A DNA stretch of 64,000 nucleotides from an uncultured Haloferula sp. (GTDB lineage: Bacteria > Verrucomicrobiota > Verrucomicrobiia > Verrucomicrobiales > Akkermansiaceae), in NCBI GenBank assembly GCA_965652295.1, contig CBFGTS010000004.1, forward strand, positions 160,001 to 224,000, in the 5' to 3' direction. The notes under the pieces are model-generated. The model had not been told where the DNA came from and did no database searches. It saw only the letters and a list, made by a program, of their open reading frames with translations. Below are positions 10,930-18,585 of the stretch, piece after piece. Made by a program: the position numbers and the translations under genes. Numbering within the stretch: the stretch's first letter is position 1; each line of letters begins with the position of its first letter.

Positions 10930-11019
10930 GGCGAATGCGCATTTTTTCGCCCTGCTTCTCCGGACGGGTTCATGCAGAGCCTGATTTTCAAATGGTTGCG
11001 GCTGGTGCTGTTAACCAAC

Positions 11020-11571
11020 CTTGATCAAAGCGAGAACCGGACTTTCGTTTGATGAGAAAAATCTGCTGACTTTGAAAATCGCTCTCGCAAGAGCCGATAG
11101 AAGTCAGGGATGACGAGCTTCACTCCAACCCGGGTCCCGATGAGAGGTGACTTCGATCTGGGGGGAAAGAGCTGCCTTGAGGTTGCACTCGGGTGGAGTG
11201 GGCTCGCGTTCCCTGTTCCGGCTTGCGCCAGGGGCGGGAAAAATCGTTTTACCGAGCTGGTTCTCGAAAGAGAGCCCACGGCCTTGGATGCCACCGTGGA
11301 AACGAAGTCGGGGGACTTTCGTCACGCGGATGAGCCCGCCGTGGGTTTAACGACCGGCATGTTTGTGGACAGCGCCGTGGAGGTTCGGGGGAACCATTCC
11401 GGCGCCGTCCAATCCTTCTCCACAGAGAAGCCCGTCCTGAATTCCTCCTGTGGGACCCGGCTGGGGGGCTGGGCCAGGGAGTGGGCTGCTTAGCGGTGCC
11501 CGCAGGACGGGCAATGAAGATGGGACCGTGCGAATTCGGGGGAAGACGCACGAGTCCCATCTTCCTTTTTT
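11020..11571 (+). ncRNA. Candidate large structured ncRNA with five GGGG tetraloops (family unassigned)
   Basis: Nearly continuous helices with G-U pairs valid only on +, GCAA and GAAA tetraloops, multi-branch junctions, and a terminal long hairpin followed by a T-run. No convincing ORF. Confidence 0.7.
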
Positions 11572-11601
11572 AAAGGAGACGGCAATGTCCCGGGCGGAGC
11601 C

Positions 11602-12150
11602 TCACTCCTTGGTCGAATCGGCCTTCGGGTCTTCGGCGGGAACGAACTTCAGGACCGTGCCATTGATGCAGTAGCGTTGATCGGTCGGAGTGTCGAAGCC
11701 TTCGCCGGTGAAGACGTGCCCCAAGTGGCCATCACACACAGCACAGAGGACCTCGGTGCGGGCGTAGCCCAGCTTGTAATCGGTGGAGGTCTTCACGTTC
11801 CGGGCGTTGGCGGGATCGTAAAATGACGGCCAGCCACAGCGACTGTCGAATTTCTCCTTGGAGCTGAACAATTCGGCTCCGCAGCCGGCACAGTAGTAGG
11901 TGCCTGCGCCCTGCTCCTTGAATTCCTTGTAAACCGTGCCGCTGGGGGCCTCGGTGGCGGCCTTGCGCAGGATGGCGTATTGCTCGGCGGTGAGCTCCTT
12001 CTTCCACTGCTCGTCGGTTTTTTCGACGGGAGCGGTTGGCTGTGCGGGTGGGGTATCAGAGGTTTCCATGACGGTTGGTTTCGGAGATTCGTCGCCACAC
12101 GCGGTCAGCGGCAGGCAGGCAATGAGAAGGGGGAGGAACGGCAACTTCAT
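11602..12150 (-). CDS. msrB: Peptide-methionine (R)-S-oxide reductase with predicted lipoprotein signal
   Basis: CAGC, GWPSFY, CAVCDGHLGHVF and RYCING motifs; N-terminal LTAC lipobox. Confidence 0.92.
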   Translation of the reverse strand: MKLPFLPLLIACLPLTACGDESPKPTVMETSDTPPAQPTAPVEKTDEQWKKELTAEQYAILRKAATEAPSGTVYKEFKEQGAGTYYCAGCGAELFSSKEKFDSRCGWPSFYDPANARNVKTSTDYKLGYARTEVLCAVCDGHLGHVFTGEGFDTPTDQRYCINGTVLKFVPAEDPKADSTKE

Positions 12151-12239
12151 GGGGTCATCATGGAGCTGGTGAGCGGTTCGTGCAAGCGGCCCGCAGTGTT
12201 GGGAATTGCCGGCCGGGTGGGGCGGGCACAGGATCGGGC

Positions 12240-12590
12240 ATGTCCGATTCAATCAAGGAGCTGACCCGCCGGGTGCTGGAGTTTTCAACCGCAAGGGAAT
12301 GGGACGCCTACCATAATCCCAAAGATCTGGCGGTGGCGGTGGCCGCGGAGGCAGGCGAGCTGATGCAGCATTTCGTCTGGCAGCAAGGGGAGCAGATTGA
12401 GCGCCGGGTGGCGGAGCGGCGGGACGAGATCGCCGCGGAAATGGCCGACGTGGCGATTCTCCTGATGGAGATGGCGGAACGTTGCGGCATCGACCTGGCG
12501 GATGCAGTGCGGGCGAAGATCGAACTCAACGAAGGTCGCTATCCGGTGGAGAAATCCCGCGGCAACAATCTCAAGTACAACCAGCTTTAG
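12240..12590 (+). CDS. MazG-like nucleotide pyrophosphohydrolase
   Basis: REWDAYHNPKDLAVAVAAEAGEL..EMADV..K..N..RYP. Confidence 0.88.
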   Translation: MSDSIKELTRRVLEFSTAREWDAYHNPKDLAVAVAAEAGELMQHFVWQQGEQIERRVAERRDEIAAEMADVAILLMEMAERCGIDLADAVRAKIELNEGRYPVEKSRGNNLKYNQL

Positions 12591-12607
12591 CGAAGGCGGG
12601 CACCGTA

Positions 12608-12780
12608 CGCAGAAAGACGCGAGTCGGATTCCCCCCGGATTCGCGACTCACGCCTTTTCTGAGCCCGGCTCGGAACTGTGGCTCCGACGAACCGATTTGA
12701 CCTCCCCCCGGAGTCCAAAGCGATCGTCTGGCGGAACTCAGATCCGACGGACATGTGCCGAAGCACGGAGGGAATAAAGG
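12608..12780 (-). ncRNA. Candidate structured ncRNA related to the 11020-11571 element
   Basis: On the minus strand: a GUGC(UUCG)GCAC hairpin, two GGGG-loop hairpins, a GGAGC(CACA)GUUCC hairpin and a 14-bp terminal helix with G-U pairs ending in UUUCU. The 5' end is uncertain. Confidence 0.6.
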
Positions 12781-12942
12781 CGCGATATTTCGGTTTTGCA
12801 AACTATAAGTGCAAGTGAAGCTGGGGTGGATCTACGTAATGGCGGGGGAGCAGGCGATTTCAGGGGGCGGAGCGGTGCGGGGGAATTTTAGAGAGACAAG
12901 GTTGCGGGGTGGAGGGTTTTACGGGACAAGCACGCAAGCAGC

Positions 12943-14652
12943 ATGACCGAATTGTTGATCGATCCCGCGAGGAAGAGTGGATGTGGGGAACTGAAAAAAC
13001 TTGAGGAAGTGGTGGAGAACGCCGCCGTCCGGCAGCGTTCTCCCATCGACGATCTGCTCGATTCCGGTCTGGTGGACGAGGAGCCTTACATGCGGGAACT
13101 CGCCGGGAGCCTGGGCATGGAGTGGCTGCCGAGCATCACGATGCCGGACGCTCCGCTGCCTTTGCGCGAGGCCTGCGGTCCACGGGTGGCCCTGCGCCAC
13201 CGCTTGTTGCCGGTGGCGATCGTGGGGGACGAGGATCATCCTCGCCTGAAATTGGCGACTTTTGACCCTTTCAATCTCATCGCCCGCCAGGAAGTGGCGC
13301 GGGAAATCGAGATGCCGGTGGAGTGGGTCATGGCCTCGCGCCGCCGTATTCATGAATCCCTGCGCCGTCTCTATGGGGTGGGGGCGGACACTTTCGAGCA
13401 GATCCTCGAAGGCCGGGACATGGATTTCTCCAACCTCGAAGCCACCGACGAGGCGAACGTCATCGATGCCGATGACGATGAGGAAGCCAGCGTGGTCAAA
13501 TTCGTCAATCAGATCATCCGCGAGGCGCTCGATCAGAAGGCCACGGACATCCACGTGGAGCCGCTGGCCGACAACCTGCGGATCCGCTACCGGCTCGACG
13601 GCCGGCTGGTGGAGGTGACCGTGCCGGAGAACATCAAGGCGCTGCAAAGCTCGGTGATCGCGCGTCTGAAGATCATGTCGCGCCTCGACATCGCCGAGCG
13701 TCGGCTGCCGCAGGACGGACGGATCAATCTGGAGTTCCAAGGGCAGACGATCGACGTGCGGGTGGCCACGGTTCCGACGGTGGAGGGGGAGAGCATCTCG
13801 CTCCGTCTTCTCAACCAGCAGAAATTCAACGTCGACCGCCTCGGCATGGAGTCTTTTGTCCGGAAGCGGATCGAAAGCCTGCTCAAGCTGCCGAATGGCA
13901 TCATCCTGATCACCGGGCCGACCGGCTCGGGCAAATCCACGAGCCTCTATTCCTTCCTCAGTGAGATCAACAGCCCGGACCAGCGGATCGTGACCATCGA
14001 GGACCCGGTGGAAAACAAGCTGCCCGGCGTGATGCAGATCGCGGTGAAGTCGGACATCGGCCTGACTTTCGCCGCCGGTCTGCGGTCGATCCTGCGGGCG
14101 GATCCGAACACGGTGATGATCGGGGAAATCCGCGACCTCGAAACCGCGGAGATCGCCATCCGCGCGTCTCTCACCGGTCACCTGGTGTTTTCCACCCTGC
14201 ACACGAACGACGCGCTCGGAGGCATCAGCCGTCTGACGGACATGGGCGTGGAGCCATTCCTCGTCTCCGCCGCGGTGCGGGCCTTCCTGGCGCAGCGGTT
14301 GGTGAGAAAACTCTGCGACCACTGCAAGGTGCCCCGCGAGGTGACCCCGGAGGATCGCAAGGAACTCGGTATCCCGCCGGAGATCCAGGGCCAGGCCTAC
14401 GACTCGGTCGGTTGCGATCGCTGCCGCGACACCGGATTCCTCGGTCGGCTTGCCATCTATGAAGTGGTGGTCATCGGTGGCGTCATGCAGGACCTCATCG
14501 CCCACGGCGCTTCGGCGGCGGACATCCGCAAGCAGGCGGTGAAGGAGGGCTATATCCCGATGCGCGGATACGGCTGGTTCAAGGTCATGCAGGGGCTGAC
14601 CACCATGGAGGAAGTGATTTCCGTGACCTCGACGGACGCCGGCGGAGCCTGA
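12943..14652 (+). CDS. gspE: Type II secretion ATPase GspE/PulE
   Basis: ATDIHVEP, DIAERRLPQDGR, GPTGSGKST, TIEDPVE, GEIRD and HTNDA motifs. Confidence 0.92.
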   Translation: MTELLIDPARKSGCGELKKLEEVVENAAVRQRSPIDDLLDSGLVDEEPYMRELAGSLGMEWLPSITMPDAPLPLREACGPRVALRHRLLPVAIVGDEDHPRLKLATFDPFNLIARQEVAREIEMPVEWVMASRRRIHESLRRLYGVGADTFEQILEGRDMDFSNLEATDEANVIDADDDEEASVVKFVNQIIREALDQKATDIHVEPLADNLRIRYRLDGRLVEVTVPENIKALQSSVIARLKIMSRLDIAERRLPQDGRINLEFQGQTIDVRVATVPTVEGESISLRLLNQQKFNVDRLGMESFVRKRIESLLKLPNGIILITGPTGSGKSTSLYSFLSEINSPDQRIVTIEDPVENKLPGVMQIAVKSDIGLTFAAGLRSILRADPNTVMIGEIRDLETAEIAIRASLTGHLVFSTLHTNDALGGISRLTDMGVEPFLVSAAVRAFLAQRLVRKLCDHCKVPREVTPEDRKELGIPPEIQGQAYDSVGCDRCRDTGFLGRLAIYEVVVIGGVMQDLIAHGASAADIRKQAVKEGYIPMRGYGWFKVMQGLTTMEEVISVTSTDAGGA

Positions 14653-14666
14653 TTTTCGGAAACGCG

Positions 14667-15962
14667 ATGCCCTCATTCAACTACAAGGCTCTGGGAGCCA
14701 AAGGTGCGATGCAGACCGGTTTGGTCGATGCCGGAGACCGCGGCGAAGCTCTGCGCTTGTTGGAAAAGCGGGGCTTGCAGCCGGTGCGCCTCCAGCAGGT
14801 CACCTCCGAATCCGCCGCGCGGACCAAGGAAAAAGCGGCGAAGAAAGCTCCTCCGAAGCGACCGAAGGCCCAGCCGGGCGCGAAACCGGCGGAGGCCTCC
14901 GACACCACCGGCCAGCTTAAGCTCAAGCGGCAGGACGTGGTGCTTTTCACCGAGGAGCTCTCCGACATGCTCGGTGCCGGGCTCCAACTCGAGCCGGCCC
15001 TGCGTGCGATGGAAGGCCGCCAGGAGCTGGGCTCGCTCAAGGACGTCGCCCAGCGGATCCGCAACGAGGTGCGGGACGGCACGAACTTTTCCGTAGCGTT
15101 GAAACGGGTGAGCCCGAGTTTCGGCCCGCTTTACTGTTCGCTGGCGGCGGCGGGCGAGGCCTCGGGCGCGCTCGATACCATTCTGCGCCGCCAGGCGCAC
15201 TACCTGAAGACACTCGCCGAGCTCCAGGCGCGCTTGATTCTGGCGATGATCTACCCGGCTTTCCTGGTTCTGGCGGGCATCGGGGTTTCGGTGGTCTTTG
15301 TCACCATTCTGATCCCGCAGCTCACCCAACTCATCGAGTCCGCACCCGGCGGCAAGCTGCCGGGGCCGATCCAGTTGATGGTGACGGTCAGCGATCACCT
15401 CGGCCTCTATTGGTATGTCTATCTGATCCTCGCCGTGGCGGCTGGACTGTTTTTCAAAGCGTGGAAGGACAACGACGCGAACCGGCCGACCTGGGATCGG
15501 ATGAAACTGACGCTGCCCCTGGCCGGGCCGGTGATCTCCAGCCGCTTCTACGTTCAGTTCCTGGAAACGATGGCCAATCTGGTGGGCAATGGCCTGCCGC
15601 TTCTGCGGGCCCTGGAGCTTTCCCGCGATGCGACCCAGAACCTCGCGCTGCGCAGCTCGCTGAATGACGTGATCGATCAGGTCGGCGACGGTCGGGCGCT
15701 GTCGAAGGCCATGGTCCGCACCGGAAATTTTCCGCCGCTGCTGATCGACATGGTGGCGGTGGGCGAGCAGACAGGGAAGATCGACCAATCGCTCCGCCGC
15801 GCCGCGGAACGCTACGACCGGGAGCTCAACAAGGACCTCAACCGCATCATGGCGCTGATCATGCCGACCATCCTGATCATCATGGCCTTGATGATCGGCA
15901 CCATGGCTTACCTGATGATCAACGCGATCTTCCAGACCATCCAGAACCTCAGCGGCCGCTGA
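14667..15962 (+). CDS. gspF: Type II secretion inner membrane protein F
   Basis: GEASGALD..MIYP and VGEQTGKID motifs; directly follows gspE. Confidence 0.9.
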   Translation: MPSFNYKALGAKGAMQTGLVDAGDRGEALRLLEKRGLQPVRLQQVTSESAARTKEKAAKKAPPKRPKAQPGAKPAEASDTTGQLKLKRQDVVLFTEELSDMLGAGLQLEPALRAMEGRQELGSLKDVAQRIRNEVRDGTNFSVALKRVSPSFGPLYCSLAAAGEASGALDTILRRQAHYLKTLAELQARLILAMIYPAFLVLAGIGVSVVFVTILIPQLTQLIESAPGGKLPGPIQLMVTVSDHLGLYWYVYLILAVAAGLFFKAWKDNDANRPTWDRMKLTLPLAGPVISSRFYVQFLETMANLVGNGLPLLRALELSRDATQNLALRSSLNDVIDQVGDGRALSKAMVRTGNFPPLLIDMVAVGEQTGKIDQSLRRAAERYDRELNKDLNRIMALIMPTILIIMALMIGTMAYLMINAIFQTIQNLSGR

Positions 15963-15995
15963 CGTCGCACGCTCGACAAAGCTGGCGGGTTTCTG

Positions 15996-17507
15996 TTGGA
16001 TGCGATCATCCTTGCAAGCTTCCACACACAGGTCGCGTCGGCGATTGGGGCAGCTATCCTGCTTGTGGCGGGACTGTGGTTGGTGGCTCGCTTGATTCTC
16101 AAGCCAGCGGGAAAAAGACCGGGGATGGTGTTCGACTTCGCCGCAGCGGCGATTGCCATCTGGGCCTCGGGAGTATGGTTCTTTCCCGGTCAATCATGAG
16201 TCGGTCACGCCGGTGCGGTGGCTTGGGTCGCAGGGGCGATGCTGGCATGGTCCATCCTCGATCGCCTGATCTTTTCCGCCCATTTCCATAAGAATCGGAA
16301 AGTCCAGGTGCCCGCGATTTTGCGGCAGCTCATCGGCGTGGCGGTGCTGATGGCGGCCATCAGCCTGGTGCTGACACTGGGTTATAAAAAGGAAATCACC
16401 GGCCTGATCGCGACTTCGGGAATCGCGGCGGTGATCGTCGGTTTTGCGATGCAGGACCTGATCTCCAACGTGATCGCCGGTTTCAGCATTCACATGACCC
16501 GCGCCTACAAGGTCGGAGATTGGCTGTTGCTCGACGACGGACGTCGCGCGGAGGTCAGGGAGGTGAACTGGCGTTCGACGCGGCTGATTGACAACGATCA
16601 GGTTTCGTTCGAGCTGCCCAACAACGAGATCGTCAAGGGGCGCATCGTGAATCTCAACCGGCCCAGCGACGAGCATGCGATCCGGATGCGGTTCGGACTC
16701 GACTACGACGTTCCTCCGAGCGTCGCCAAGGCGGCGCTGCTGGAGTCGACGCGCGAGGTGCAGGGCTTGCTGGGGAATCCGGCTCCCAACGTGTTTCTCG
16801 TGGAGTTCGCCGACTCGGCGATCATTTATGAACTCCGGGTCTGGATGCGGCAGGCGCGGCTGTTCAACCAGTGCTGCGACCAGATCCGCACGAACCTCTG
16901 GTATGAACTGAAACGGCGGAACCTGCGCATTCCGTTTCCCATCCGCACGCTGGAAAAACGGACCCCGAACGTCCCGGCGCATCTGGAGAGGGCGCAAGGT
17001 GGGGCCGTGGACACGGTGCGCTCGTCCGGGGTGCTGGCATGCCTGTCCGAGGAACAGGCACGGGAGTTGGTCAGGGCGGGGGAGATCCGACTCCATGGGG
17101 ACGGCGAGGCGATCGTCCGGCGCGACGAGGAAGGCAGCTCGATGTTCGTGGTCCTCGACGGGCGGGTGGCCGTGACCGCCAGGAGCGAGTCCGGCGGGCG
17201 GATCACGCTGGCGCAGCTCGGGGTGGGCGAATGCTTCGGGGAAATGTCGCTGCTCACCGGCGAGAAGCGCTCGGCGACGGTCCGGGCGGAGGGCGACGTG
17301 CTGTTGCTGGCGATCCGCAAGGAGCATCTGGCACCACTCCTCGAGGAGGTCCCCGAGCTGGTCGAACGGATGAGCGAACTTCTGGAACAGCGCCATCTGG
17401 CGACCGTCGAGGCGCAGAAGGGCGGTGCGGCGTGGTCGGGCGCTGACAAGCTGGCCGGCCCGCGGGTCTCGCTGGTGCGGAGAATCCGCTCGTTTTTCGG
17501 AGGCTGA
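15996..17507 (+). pseudogene. MscS mechanosensitive channel with C-terminal cNMP-binding domain, interrupted by an in-frame TGA at 16197-16199
   Basis: GFAMQDLISNVIAG..GDW (MscS) and FGEMSLLTGEKRSATVRA (cNMP). The hydrophobic ORF 15996-16199 is in the same frame as 16218-17507. Confidence 0.6.
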
Positions 17508-17512
17508 CGCTC

Positions 17513-18445
17513 TTAGTCGCGGCGCGTCAGTTCGACGAACACGTCTTCCAGAGTTGATTCCTTGCGGAACAGGCTGCGCACCGGCCATCCCTTGCGGACG
17601 GCGAGTTCGTGGATGCGCTCGCGGGCGTCCGTGCCTGAATCGACGAGGACCTCGATGGCGGCCCAGCCGTCTTCGAGGTCGGAGTGGTTGACCCGCTTCA
17701 CGTGGTCGAGTTGCCCGATGGCTTCAGAAATCTCGGTGGCGTCACCGAGCATTTCCACATGGACCTTGCCGGCGGCGCGCATGTTGTCGACCAGGGCTTT
17801 CGGTGTGTCCTGAGCCCGGATCGTGCCGGAATCGATGATGATCACCCGGCCGCAGGTCATCTCCACCTCGCTGAGGATGTGGGTGGAAAGGAGGATCGTG
17901 TGGGTGTCGCCGAGGCGCTTGATGAGTTCACGGATCTGCCGGATCTGGTTCGGATCGAGGCCGTTGGTCGGCTCGTCGAGGATCAGCAACTGCGGATCGT
18001 GGACCAGGGCGTCGGCCAGGCCGACCCGTTGGCGATAGCCCTTGGAGAGGACTTTGATCATCTTGCGGCGGACCGATTCTAGACCGCAGGTTTCGATGAC
18101 GTGATTCACGCGCTGGCGGGTCTCGCGCGGGCTGAGGCCCTTGAGGCGGGCGCGGAATTTGAGGTACTCGCGGACCCGCATGTCATCGTAAAGCGGCACG
18201 TTTTCCGGCATGTAGCCGATCTTGCGGCGGGCGTTGATCGAGTCGCGGAACACGTCGCAGCCGCCGATCTCGATGCTGCCGGAAGTCGGCGGAAGGTAGC
18301 CGGTGAGCATGCGCATGGTGGTCGTCTTGCCGGCACCGTTCGGTCCGAGGAATCCGACGATCTCCCCCTGGCCGACGGAAAAGCTCAGATCGTCCACGGC
18401 CGTGTGGCGCGCGAACCGCTTGGTGAGGTCTCGGACTTCGATCAT
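17513..18445 (-). CDS. ABC transporter ATP-binding protein (GldA-like)
   Basis: GPNGAGKTT, LSKGYRQRVGLA and LILDEPTNGLD motifs. Confidence 0.9.
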   Translation of the reverse strand: MIEVRDLTKRFARHTAVDDLSFSVGQGEIVGFLGPNGAGKTTTMRMLTGYLPPTSGSIEIGGCDVFRDSINARRKIGYMPENVPLYDDMRVREYLKFRARLKGLSPRETRQRVNHVIETCGLESVRRKMIKVLSKGYRQRVGLADALVHDPQLLILDEPTNGLDPNQIRQIRELIKRLGDTHTILLSTHILSEVEMTCGRVIIIDSGTIRAQDTPKALVDNMRAAGKVHVEMLGDATEISEAIGQLDHVKRVNHSDLEDGWAAIEVLVDSGTDARERIHELAVRKGWPVRSLFRKESTLEDVFVELTRRD

Positions 18446-18585
18446 GTTGGGAAAGGCTCGATTTCCGCAGCTTTTGAGAGGTGTTCGGTTGACGCTGCGC
18501 GGGAGGCCCCTTACCTAAGCGCTGCGCGGCGGGGGCCAAGCGGGAAATGCAAGTCCCCCGGCCGCGCAAGTCGCATCCGTTGCTC

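Noticed and set aside
11110..11493. 127-aa ORF and other short ORFs inside the structured region
   Set aside because: No recognisable motif or codon bias; the region is better explained by RNA structure.
11020..11571. Identity as RNase P RNA, tmRNA, 6S or a group II intron
   Set aside because: I found no GAGGAAAGUCC P4 signature, tRNA-like ends, single-rod 6S fold or domain V motif on either strand.
16197..16199. Selenocysteine reading of the in-frame TGA
   Set aside because: The site is in a membrane-segment context with no redox motif or obvious SECIS; Trp nonsense or sequencing error is simpler.
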